Source: a virus
Lineage: Duplodnaviria; Caudoviricetes
Reading direction: 5' to 3' (one strand)
IMG/VR virus record: IMGVR_UViG_2675903060_000001
Span: 32,001 to 96,000 of that record
Length of the DNA stretch: 64,000 nucleotides
Part shown: positions 18,795 to 27,350 of the stretch, in pieces
How the letters are laid out: each line of letters starts with the position of its first letter
Position numbering within the stretch: the first letter of the stretch is position 1
Notes under the pieces: generated by a model
Told to the model about the DNA's origin: nothing
The model's database searches: none
The model's input: the letters and a program-made list of their open reading frames with translations, nothing else
Made by a program: the position numbers and the translations under genes

Positions 18795-19114
18795 GGTGGC
18801 GGTACGCGAACGCCAACACCGGCGACGTGGTGCTCCTGGACGAGCGTGACCCGTGCCTGGACATGCTCCCCAACTGGACCGTCTCCGGTTCCACCAGCGT
18901 GGGGGAACCGGAGTCAGGCCCGTCGAACTCCGGCCAGGCTACGCCTGGCCGGCCGCCCGAGTCCGCGAACAAGGCCGCGTGGGTCGCCTACGCCGTGGCG
19001 CGCGGCATGGCCGAGGCCGACGCGAAGGGCCTGCGCAAGGACGCGCTCATCGAGGAGTTCGGCGAGAACTCCGACAACGACGACGAGGAGGGGGGCGGCG
19101 GTGGCCAGGACTGA
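18791..19114 (+). CDS. Phage protein with C-terminal Rho-N/HeH-like motif
   Basis: RPPESANKAAWVAYA...KDALIE. Confidence 0.65.
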   Translation: MRWRYANANTGDVVLLDERDPCLDMLPNWTVSGSTSVGEPESGPSNSGQATPGRPPESANKAAWVAYAVARGMAEADAKGLRKDALIEEFGENSDNDDEEGGGGGQD

Positions 19115-19448
19115 CCTTCCGATCACGCCCATGCCGAAGGCGGGGCTGTCCCTGGCGGGCGCGCTGCCCACCGCGGCGGCCGTGGACGGACACGCCTTCG
19201 GCCACTCGGCGAAGCGGCTGGTCCGGATCCGGAACAGCTCCGGCAGCCCGAAGACGGTGACCGCGGTCATCCCCGGCGAGGTCGAGGGGCAACCGCTCGC
19301 CGACCGGCCGTACGTCATCCCGGCCACGACCGGCGACGTGCTGATCCCGCCGTTCGGCGACATCTACGCCCAGGACGACGGCAAGGTGTACCTCGACTAC
19401 CCGGCCGACCCGTCAGGGCTGACGGTCGCCGTGTACGAGATGCCGTAG
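19101..19448 (+). CDS. Putative head decoration/structural protein
   Basis: MARTDL...PPFGDIYAQDDGKVYLDY; position in head cluster. Confidence 0.65.
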   Translation: MARTDLPITPMPKAGLSLAGALPTAAAVDGHAFGHSAKRLVRIRNSSGSPKTVTAVIPGEVEGQPLADRPYVIPATTGDVLIPPFGDIYAQDDGKVYLDYPADPSGLTVAVYEMP

Positions 19449-19458
19449 GCAGGCCGAC

Positions 19459-19851
19459 ATGGTGTACGCGAACGCGGACGACTACGCGGCCTACACCGGC
19501 AAGCCGGCCCCGGACGGGATCGACGCCGTGCTGGCCCGGGCCAGCGAGCGGATCGATGAACTGCTGGTGACGGCGGTCTACGCGGTGGACCCGGCCACAG
19601 AGCTGCCGACCGATGAGAAGGTGGCCGACGCCATCCGGCGGGCGACCTGCGCCCAGGCCGCCTGGTCGGTGGCGGTCGGCGACCCGTACGGCGTGGCCGC
19701 CGCGTTCAAATCGGTGTCGATCGGCTCCGTGAAGCTCGACCGCGCCGGCGGGGGCGAAGCGGGACCGGCCCGGCATGCGCCGGACGCGGCGTCGATCCTG
19801 CGCGTCGCGGGCCTGCTGCCCGGCTTCGTGATCGACCAGGGCGCGTGGTGA
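19459..19851 (+). CDS. Head-tail adaptor
   Basis: YANADDY...LARASERID...ATCAQ...SVSIGSV. Confidence 0.8.
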   Translation: MVYANADDYAAYTGKPAPDGIDAVLARASERIDELLVTAVYAVDPATELPTDEKVADAIRRATCAQAAWSVAVGDPYGVAAAFKSVSIGSVKLDRAGGGEAGPARHAPDAASILRVAGLLPGFVIDQGAW

Positions 19852-19854
19852 GCG

Positions 19855-20166
19855 GTGCTGATCCCCGAGTGGGTATTCACGCACACCGCGACGATCGAGC
19901 CGTACGAGGGCGACGGCGCGTACGGCCCCATCTTCGGCTCTCAGGTGACGGAGCGGTGCCTGGTGGACGACGAGCGGCGGCTTGTCCGCAACGCGGAGGG
20001 CTCGGAAGTTGTGTCCGATACGACGATCTTCTTCCCGCCCGGCACGCACTGCCCGGAGGGGTCGCGGGTGACCGTGAACGACCGGACGACCACGGTCATC
20101 GCGTCCCATAACCGATCCGGTGGGGGCCTGCCGACGCCGGACCATACGGAGGTGGTGTGCCGATGA
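19855..20166 (+). CDS. Head-tail stopper/closure protein
   Basis: GAYGP...RRLVRNAEGSEVVS...PDHTEV; synteny. Confidence 0.75.
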   Translation: MLIPEWVFTHTATIEPYEGDGAYGPIFGSQVTERCLVDDERRLVRNAEGSEVVSDTTIFFPPGTHCPEGSRVTVNDRTTTVIASHNRSGGGLPTPDHTEVVCR

Positions 20167-20537
20167 CGCAACGCGGCATCGACGTGGACGTGCGGTTGGA
20201 CCTGCACGTCAACCCCGAGGCGCTGGAGGCCAAGGCGCGGGTGGCGATCGAGCGGGGTCTCCAGGCGGCGACCGAGCACGTGCTGACGGCGACCCAGCCG
20301 AAGGTGCCGTGGCAGACCGGCGACCTGGAACGGTCAGGGTCGGCGGTCGTGGACCGGTCGAACCTCGACGGCGTGATCTCGTTCGATCAGCCGTACGCGG
20401 TCGCCCAGCATGAACAGCTCGACTGGGAGCACCCGCTGAAGGGCGAGCCGAAGTACCTGGAGACGACCCTGTACGAGGAGGCCGAGGTGGTGCGGGCGAT
20501 GGTGGCCAAGGCGGTGCGGAAGGCGCTCGGCGGATGA
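20163..20537 (+). CDS. Neck protein (HK97 gp10-like)
   Basis: VPWQTGDLERSG...PYAVAQHE...PKYLE. Confidence 0.8.
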   Translation: MTQRGIDVDVRLDLHVNPEALEAKARVAIERGLQAATEHVLTATQPKVPWQTGDLERSGSAVVDRSNLDGVISFDQPYAVAQHEQLDWEHPLKGEPKYLETTLYEEAEVVRAMVAKAVRKALGG

Positions 20538-21004
20538 CCACGCCGTCACCGCCGCTGCCGGGCCAGTTCTCGCGGGCGCTGCTGAACGGGCTGGCCGCGC
20601 TGCTCGCGGAGCGTGGGGTCGGCGTGTGGTCGCCGGTCGGCGCGTACGGGCCGCATCAGCTCGCGCTCACGATCGGCGGCTTGCCCGCCACCCCGGACAC
20701 CGCGATCTCGCTGGCCATCTACGGGACCGGCGGCGACGACCTGGACGGCGGCGACTCGACGGTGCTCGTGCAGCTCCGGATGCGGGCCAAGGGCGACCCG
20801 CGTGACGTGGGCGACTACGCCGACGCCGTCTTCTCCGTGCTGCACGGCCTGACCGAGGTCCGGCTGTCGTCCGGGGTGCTGGTGCTGCGCGCGCGGCGCA
20901 CGGTGGTGGCGCCGCCCGGCCGGGACTCCTCCGGCCGGTGGGAACGCGCCGACAGCTACGAGCTGATGGTGCACTGGCCCACCGCTCAGCGGGACGACGA
21001 CTAG
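20534..21004 (+). CDS. Tail terminator / minor capsid-like protein
   Basis: LPATPDTAI...VQLRMR...LHGL...GRDSSGRWE; synteny. Confidence 0.75.
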   Translation: MTTPSPPLPGQFSRALLNGLAALLAERGVGVWSPVGAYGPHQLALTIGGLPATPDTAISLAIYGTGGDDLDGGDSTVLVQLRMRAKGDPRDVGDYADAVFSVLHGLTEVRLSSGVLVLRARRTVVAPPGRDSSGRWERADSYELMVHWPTAQRDDD

Positions 21005-21072
21005 CCCCGCTCCCTTTCCTTCATCGCGGGCCTGGCGCGGCCAGGATCGCGCGCACGAACGGAGACACGATC

Positions 21073-21549
21073 ATGACTCTGGTGAGCATGCTCGCCAAGC
21101 ACTGGTGCATGGACGTCAACACCGCAGGGCCGGGCGCTCCCGCCCCCTCGTGGACCCGCGTTCGTGGCCTGTCCAAGTGGGAGAAGTCCACCGACGACAA
21201 CGTCGAGGACGACGGCGACTTCGATGACGAGTCCGGGTACGGCTCGGACGTCATCACCGAACGCAAGTGGAAGATCGAGGCCGAGGGCCGCCGGAAGCGG
21301 AACAACACCGAGGTGTTCGTGCCCGACGCCGGCCAGGAGTACATCCGCAAGGCCGCCCGCAAGGTCGGCCTGGGCGCGTTCATCGAGGTCCGCTGGTACC
21401 GGCGGGACGGCTCCGACGAGGCGTACCAGGGGCTGTGCCAGGTCAACGAGTTCACGATGGGCGGCGAGAAGACCGACCTCGAACCCTTCAGCTTCACTCT
21501 GTTGGGCTCGGGCGAGGACGTCGAGATCGACAACCCGCTGGCGGCATGA
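21073..21549 (+). CDS. Major tail (tube) protein
   Basis: GGAG RBS; DAGQEYIR...VRWYRR...AYQG...FSFTLLGSG. Confidence 0.8.
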   Translation: MTLVSMLAKHWCMDVNTAGPGAPAPSWTRVRGLSKWEKSTDDNVEDDGDFDDESGYGSDVITERKWKIEAEGRRKRNNTEVFVPDAGQEYIRKAARKVGLGAFIEVRWYRRDGSDEAYQGLCQVNEFTMGGEKTDLEPFSFTLLGSGEDVEIDNPLAA

Positions 21550-22040
21550 TGGCGCAGTTCCGGAACCTGGACGAGTTCTTCGACCCGTACCTGCGGCTAC
21601 CGGTCGGCGGCAAGACGTACGCGGTCCCGCCGCCGAACGGCGAGGTGGGCCTGCTGGTGCAGCGGCTCATGCACGCCGGGATCGCCGCCGAGGCCGGTCA
21701 GGACGTGGACGCCGAAGGGCTCGGCGACCTGGCCAAGTCCGTGCTGGAGGGCGACAGCGGCGACAGCGGCGACACCGACCTGTACCAGCGCATCCTTGGC
21801 CCCGTCTGGGACGAACTGTTCGCCGACAAGCTCGACTGGCCGGTGATCCAGCACATCGGCGAGACGGCGATGCTGTGGATCGCCGCCGGGGCGGACGCCG
21901 CCGCGAAGCACTGGGAGGCCGGCGCGGGGGAAGCGGAGGCCCCGAACCGGAAGGCTCGCCGGGCGGCGGCGGCGCAGGCCCGATCGACCCGGTCACGGGG
22001 CTCGCGGAGTGGTACGACCCGGACGACGGACTCGGCCTGA
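21546..22040 (+). CDS. Tail assembly chaperone (gpG-like)
   Basis: LRLPVGGKTYAVPPP, PNRKARR; between tail tube and tape measure. Confidence 0.8.
   Translation: MMAQFRNLDEFFDPYLRLPVGGKTYAVPPPNGEVGLLVQRLMHAGIAAEAGQDVDAEGLGDLAKSVLEGDSGDSGDTDLYQRILGPVWDELFADKLDWPVIQHIGETAMLWIAAGADAAAKHWEAGAGEAEAPNRKARRAAAAQARSTRSRGSRSGTTRTTDSA
21926..21932 (+). other. Programmed -1 frameshift site G GGG GAA giving a gpGT-like fusion ending at 22261
   Basis: In-frame G GGG GAA; -1 frame is open to 22261 and encodes WDLIEADL..YGIDL...WRWLRTRIAGLL. Confidence 0.7.
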
Positions 22041-22054
22041 CCGGAGGCCCCGCA

Positions 22055-22261
22055 GTGTCCTGGCTGGACCTGCTGACCCGCTGGGACCTGATCGAGGCTG
22101 ACCTGCACCAGACGTACGGCATCGACCTCGACCGGTCGGGCGCACTGCGCGACCGGTCGTGGCGGTGGCTGCGGACCCGGATCGCCGGGCTGCTCGTGTG
22201 TGACTCGCGGATCGCCCGCGCGCTCGACCCCGGCGACGACGGCCCCGGCCGCCGCCGCTGA
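22055..22261 (+). CDS. Tail assembly chaperone C-terminal (gpT-like) part
   Basis: Typical actinophage motif; probably expressed by frameshift. Confidence 0.7.
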   Translation: MSWLDLLTRWDLIEADLHQTYGIDLDRSGALRDRSWRWLRTRIAGLLVCDSRIARALDPGDDGPGRRR

Positions 22262-22287
22262 CCCCTCCCTCCCCCTTCTCTCCTTCT

Positions 22288-22305
22288 GCTGGCGTTACCG
22301 CCAGC
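22288..22305. promoter_or_regulatory. 18-bp palindromic site, copy 3 (GCTGGCGTTACCGCCAGC)
   Basis: Consensus match with symmetric T>C/A>G change; upstream of tape measure. Confidence 0.65.
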
Positions 22306-22349
22306 GTTCAGGCCGCCACGCCTCCTGATCTTTCTCTGATCGAAGGGCG

Positions 22350-24596
22350 GTGGCCGTCGTGAACGTCGGCGAGCTGTTCGCCAGGCTCCGGCTGAAGGAC
22401 CACCTCACCAGCGCGCTCGGCCGCGCCATCGGCTTCTTCCGGGCCAAGGCCGCCGAGTTCCGCGCGCACGCCGGCTCCATCGCTGCCGGGTCGGTGCAGA
22501 TGGGTGCCCGGCTGGCGGCGACCGCCGTGGCCGGTGCGACCGCCGCCGCCGGCCTGGCCGCCGCGGCGCAGGGCGCGCTCGGCCTGATCGCGGCGCTCGC
22601 GCCCGCCGCCGGGATCGTGGCCGCGCTGCCCGGCGCGCTCGCGCTCGGCGCCGGAGCGCTGGCCACACTCAAGATCGCGCTGTCCGGGGTCGGCGACGCC
22701 TTCTCGGCGGCGCTCGCCGACGACCCGAAGAAGTTCGCCGAGTCCCTGGCCGGGCTGTCACCGGCCGCGCGGGCGGCGGCGATGGAGCTGCGCGCGGCCA
22801 AGCCCGCGATCGACGCCCTCAAGAGCAGCGTCCAGGAGGCGTTCTTCGCCCCGCTGGCCGGCCAGATCGCCGCCGTGGCGGCGGCGCTGTCGGGTCCGCT
22901 CAGGTCCGGCATGTCCGGCGTCGCCTCGCAGATGGGGCTCGGCGCGGCCGAGGTGGCGCGGTTCGCCTCGTCCGGGCAGACCGTCGCCGCCCTGTCTTCG
23001 ATCTTCGCGTCGCTACGGTCCGCCGTGGCGGCGACGCTGCCCGCGATCCAGCCGGTCCTGGCCGGGTTCCGGGACCTGGCCGTCGTCGGCGCCGGCTTCT
23101 CGGCCGGGCTCGCGCCGGGGATCGCCGCGGCGGCGGCCCGGTTCGGCGAGTTCCTGTCGCAGGCCGCCGCCAGCGGCAAGGCGCTCGCCTGGATGCAGGG
23201 CGCCGTCGCGGTGTTCCAGCAGCTCGGCCAGATCGCCGGGAACCTGATCGGGATCGTCCGAGGGGTCTTCTCGGCGATGCAGACCGGCGGGTCCGGCGCG
23301 CTCGGCGTGCTCGGCCAACTCCTCGGCCAGCTAAACCAGTTCGTCAACAGTGCGCAGGGCCAGCAGATCCTTGTCACGATCTTCCAGTCGCTCGCCCAGG
23401 TCGGCGGCGTGCTGATGCCGATCTTCACGGCGCTCGGGGGTGCGCTGGCGCTGGTCGCGCCGCACGTGGCCGCCATCGCGGTCGCCCTCGGCCCTGGGCT
23501 CGCCGCCGCTGTCGGTGCGCTCGGTCCTGCGCTGGCCGCGCTCGGTCCAGGGCTGACGCTCGTGGCGCAGATGCTGTCGCAGGCGTTCGCGAACCCGGCG
23601 ATGCAGGCGGGGTTGCTCGCGCTCGGTCAGGGGATCTCGGCGGTGCTCGCTGCGGCGGCTCCACTCCTGCCGGTGGTGGGTCAGCTCGCCGGGATTCTGG
23701 GTCAACTTCTGGGCGCGGCGCTGGCGAATCTGGCGGCGCTGCTCGCCCCCGTGATTTCGGCGCTTTCGTCCAGTTTGCAGCCACTTCTTCCGGTTTTGTC
23801 GAGCGCGATCACGGATCTGGCGGCGGCCACGGCCCCACTCGCCGCTCAAATCGGACAAGTGCTAGCAATAGCCATCAAAACGGTGCTTCCGCCCCTGGTG
23901 CAGCTCGCGGTGGATCTGCTCCCGCCCCTGGTGGAGCTGACGAAGCAACTGATCCCGCTGATCACCTCCTGGGTGAGCAGCATGTCCTCCATCCTGGGCG
24001 TGATTCAGCCGATCGTCCCACCATTGGTGCAGATCGCGACGTCGCTCCTGCCCTTCTGGATCAAGATCATCACGGCCCTGGTGAAACTGATCAACGGCGA
24101 CTTCAAGGGTGCCTTCCAATCGATCATGTCGGCCATCAAGGGCTTCGGCGACACGATCATGAACGCCGGGAAAGCCCTGATGGACGGCCTCTGGAACGGC
24201 ATCGTCGCCGCCGGAAACCAGATCAAATCCAAGATCGTCGGCTTCCTCCGGTCCATCCTCCCGCAGCCCGTGCTCGACTTCCTCGGCATCCACTCGCCGT
24301 CGAAGCTGTTCGCCAAGATGGGCCGCGAGGTACCCGCCGGACTCGCCCTCGGCATCACCCAGGCCGGAGGACTGGTGCGCACCGCCGTGCAGCGCATGGC
24401 CGGGATCGTCGCCGGCGCGGGCATCCCCGACATGCAGATGCCGGGCCTGGCCGTGCCGGGCGGAGCGGCCGGGACGGGCCTCGGCGGAGCGTCGCGCGTC
24501 GTCGTGCACCAGACGAACTACTACCCGCAAGCCGAACCGACCTCGGCCAGCGTGAACCGCGGGCTTCAGCTCACGAGCGCCTTGGGGGTGATCTAG
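22350..24596 (+). CDS. Tape measure protein
   Basis: VGELFARL start, Ala/Gly-rich helical body, LGIHSPSKLF motif. Confidence 0.9.
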   Translation: MAVVNVGELFARLRLKDHLTSALGRAIGFFRAKAAEFRAHAGSIAAGSVQMGARLAATAVAGATAAAGLAAAAQGALGLIAALAPAAGIVAALPGALALGAGALATLKIALSGVGDAFSAALADDPKKFAESLAGLSPAARAAAMELRAAKPAIDALKSSVQEAFFAPLAGQIAAVAAALSGPLRSGMSGVASQMGLGAAEVARFASSGQTVAALSSIFASLRSAVAATLPAIQPVLAGFRDLAVVGAGFSAGLAPGIAAAAARFGEFLSQAAASGKALAWMQGAVAVFQQLGQIAGNLIGIVRGVFSAMQTGGSGALGVLGQLLGQLNQFVNSAQGQQILVTIFQSLAQVGGVLMPIFTALGGALALVAPHVAAIAVALGPGLAAAVGALGPALAALGPGLTLVAQMLSQAFANPAMQAGLLALGQGISAVLAAAAPLLPVVGQLAGILGQLLGAALANLAALLAPVISALSSSLQPLLPVLSSAITDLAAATAPLAAQIGQVLAIAIKTVLPPLVQLAVDLLPPLVELTKQLIPLITSWVSSMSSILGVIQPIVPPLVQIATSLLPFWIKIITALVKLINGDFKGAFQSIMSAIKGFGDTIMNAGKALMDGLWNGIVAAGNQIKSKIVGFLRSILPQPVLDFLGIHSPSKLFAKMGREVPAGLALGITQAGGLVRTAVQRMAGIVAGAGIPDMQMPGLAVPGGAAGTGLGGASRVVVHQTNYYPQAEPTSASVNRGLQLTSALGVI

Positions 24597-25477
24597 TGCC
24601 GTCGTACACGCTGGACGGCGTGCCGCTCGACCACCCGGCCGGCTGCTGGAAGCTGAAGAAGGGCACCCAGCGCAGGCCGCTCCCCGGCGCGCGGGCCGTG
24701 CGCGTCTCCGTGCCCGGCCGCGCCGGTGAATTGCCCATCACGGGCCTCGACCACGAGATCACGTCGTTCTCTCTGGTGTTCACCGTGACGGGCGCGACCC
24801 CGACCGGCGGCGACGGCGGCTTTGCCCAGCTCGAAACCAACCTGGAAGCGTTGGCGGCGATGCTCGGCGTCCGGCACCGGCTCATGAGCCTCCGCTACCA
24901 GGCCGGGGCGATCGTGCGGGTGGCCGACGTGACCGTGGTTGCCGCCAGCGAGCCCGAGCTGCGGGTCGGTGCGGCCCGCGCCAGACTGACCGCCGTGGTC
25001 GAGGTGCCCGGCGTTTACTGGCGCGACGAAACCACCGCCACCTGGCAGGGGGCGGCGAACACCGCCGACCAGCCGATCGCGACCCTCGCCGGGAGCACCG
25101 CGCCCGTCACCGACGCTCTGATCCGCGTCACGGGGCCGGCCACGAACATCACCGTGCGGGACGTGGCCACGCAGGGCGCGGTGGGTCTGCTCGCTGCCGG
25201 GGCGAACTCCATCACGGCTTCGGAGCGGCTGCTGATCGACGCCGCCGCCATGCGCGCCGCCATCGTCACCACCGACACCTGGGACCTCGCCGGAGGCACG
25301 GACCGGACGGGCGTGATCAGCGTGTTCGGGCCGGGATCGGCGTCGCGATGGATACACCTGACCCCGGCGATGGCCGTGGGCGATCCGTTCTCCCGCGCGG
25401 TGCTCATCTCGTGCACGGCGACCGGAACCACCGCGGCGTCGAAGCTCGAAGTTCGCGCCCGACGCTCTTATCTCTGA
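24596..25477 (+). CDS. Distal tail (Dit-like) protein
   Basis: YTLDGVPLD...VPGRAG...VRARRSYL; follows tape measure. Confidence 0.75.
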   Translation: MPSYTLDGVPLDHPAGCWKLKKGTQRRPLPGARAVRVSVPGRAGELPITGLDHEITSFSLVFTVTGATPTGGDGGFAQLETNLEALAAMLGVRHRLMSLRYQAGAIVRVADVTVVAASEPELRVGAARARLTAVVEVPGVYWRDETTATWQGAANTADQPIATLAGSTAPVTDALIRVTGPATNITVRDVATQGAVGLLAAGANSITASERLLIDAAAMRAAIVTTDTWDLAGGTDRTGVISVFGPGSASRWIHLTPAMAVGDPFSRAVLISCTATGTTAASKLEVRARRSYL

Positions 25478-25684
25478 GGAACAACAGCGCGAACGAGCCA
25501 AGAAATGGTGCGTTGGAAGGAACTTGGATGTGCGGGGCTCTGAACAAGCGAGGCAGCTACACAGTATGGTTTACGAGGGAGTGAGTCATGCATGATTCAT
25601 TCGCGGAGTTGTCGCGAGGCCCCGGCCACCGTGCCAATGGAGAGCCGAGGCCCCGCGTGGGGGCTCAGTCAGCCGCTGGTGCGG

Positions 25685-25798
25685 CTAGCTGAGCCCTCCT
25701 CTGTTGAGAGCCCAGTCGAGCAGGATGAGCAGCAGTTGCAGGAGCAACAGCCTGTCTTCGCCGTCTGGTTCTCTCGGGGAGCTGTGCAGCGAACTCAC
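25685..25798 (-). CDS. Small hydrophobic peptide, type I toxin-like (not in ORF track)
   Basis: (V)SSLHSSPREPDGEDRLLLLQLLLILLDWALNRGGLS; AGGAGGTGA RBS suits a CTG start at 25789; downstream hairpin. Confidence 0.45.
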   Translation of the reverse strand: MSSLHSSPREPDGEDRLLLLQLLLILLDWALNRGGLS

Positions 25799-26175
25799 CT
25801 CCTGGACCGGATCAGGAACCTTGTGGGGTTGGCCCCGGTCCGCCGGCCGACCCAATTGGACGCCGACCGGCTAGTGAGATCGCTTGCTACCAGCTCCCTT
25901 GAATCGTAGTGACTTCGCCGCGAGTGCGGCGATCGTAGTAACGAGATTCCGGCGGTCATTTTGTCCGTTCTAATCGGACATGGCCTGCGTTCGTGGGCGT
26001 AATCCGCCCAAAAAAACTTTCGGACAAACAAGAACTGTAGGTAATTGATTCACTGCGGATGGTGAGAAACGGGGGTGTTTCCTGCGGAAACCCCTCCATT
26101 CCGGGACATATGCCAACCCCGCCCGAAATTCCTCGCAGCTTTTCTGAAATACGTTCCACCGGGTGAGGAGGGATC

Positions 26176-27330
26176 GTGCCCTTCGACCTCCGCCTCGTCG
26201 CCTACGCCCCGAACGGGGCGCGGCTGGGCATCCTCCCGCACCCGACGTCTCTCCAGGTGTCCTGGCCGCTCAACGACGTTCCAGCGCTCAAGTTCACCTA
26301 CAGTGCGCACGCCGTGGGCGCTCAACTGATCGCACAGCCGTGCGAGATCGGCGTGCAGTGGTCGGCGGATGGCACCACCTGGACGGAGAACGGCGACGGC
26401 CGGTTCCTCCTCCTCCGCCGCGAGGGCGACCAGCTCGACCCGTCCGGAGTGTGGCGGTTCGACTGCCCCTCCTACCTGTGGGTGCTGAAGAAGGCCGTCA
26501 CGTACGCGCACGCCTCCATCGCCCCCGTCAACGGCCAGCGCATGTACGGCAGCCCGACGCCGAACGCCACCGCCGGGTTCATCATGAACTCGCTCCTGAC
26601 CGAAGCGCAGGCGCGCGGCGCCCTGTTCAACTTCGGGTGGACGTTCACCGGCACCACCGACAGCGCCACCACCACCTGGAGCCAGACCTTCGGTCTCGGC
26701 ATCCCCCTCGGCACCGACGTGCTCTCGGTCCTGCTGACGCTCGTGGACGCCGGGCTCATCGACATCCGCATGACCGGCCCCCGCACTCTGTCCGCGTGGC
26801 GGCCCGGAACCGCGATCTTCCGCAACCTCACCACCGTCCCCGCCCCGGTCGAGCTCGCCGCCGGCCGCGACATCCGCGCCGCCCCCGACGTCGGCACGCT
26901 GGAGGACATGGCCAGCGCCGTGTACGTCGTCGGCGACGCCAGCTTCCGCATCGAGCGGACGAACATCGGCACCCCTCTGCCGTGGGGCCGGTGGGAGGTC
27001 GGCGTGCGCCAAGTCGGCGTGACCGAGACCAGCGCCGCGGCGCTCGTGGGCGACTCGCTGCTCGTGCGCGGCGCCGTCGAACGCACCCAGCGCACCCGCG
27101 AACTGTCGTTCACCGCCGCGCGGTGGCTGCCGCTGCGGGACTACCTGCCCGGCGACCTCATCTACGCGCCGGGCGAGGCCGGACAGCGCAAGGCGATGCG
27201 CGTCCGTCAGATCACGTTGACCCGGACCGACCGCGGGGTGGTCGGCGGGAACCTCGTCCTCGATGACCGGCTCGCCGACCTGGAGCTTCTGGTGCGCCGC
27301 CGGGTCGCGCTCCTTGCCCGTCGCCCCTGA
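26176..27330 (+). CDS. Minor tail / baseplate hub protein, paralog A
   Basis: GAGGAGG RBS; LPLRDYLPGDLI...RVRQITL; colinear with N-terminus of next gene. Confidence 0.8.
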   Translation: MPFDLRLVAYAPNGARLGILPHPTSLQVSWPLNDVPALKFTYSAHAVGAQLIAQPCEIGVQWSADGTTWTENGDGRFLLLRREGDQLDPSGVWRFDCPSYLWVLKKAVTYAHASIAPVNGQRMYGSPTPNATAGFIMNSLLTEAQARGALFNFGWTFTGTTDSATTTWSQTFGLGIPLGTDVLSVLLTLVDAGLIDIRMTGPRTLSAWRPGTAIFRNLTTVPAPVELAAGRDIRAAPDVGTLEDMASAVYVVGDASFRIERTNIGTPLPWGRWEVGVRQVGVTETSAAALVGDSLLVRGAVERTQRTRELSFTAARWLPLRDYLPGDLIYAPGEAGQRKAMRVRQITLTRTDRGVVGGNLVLDDRLADLELLVRRRVALLARRP

Positions 27331-27350
27331 GTGGAACTGAGAGGAGCACC

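Noticed and set aside
25592-26031. ORFs 25592..25909 (+) and 25795..26031 (-)
   Set aside because: No RBS or motif and atypical composition; the short minus-strand peptide has better signals
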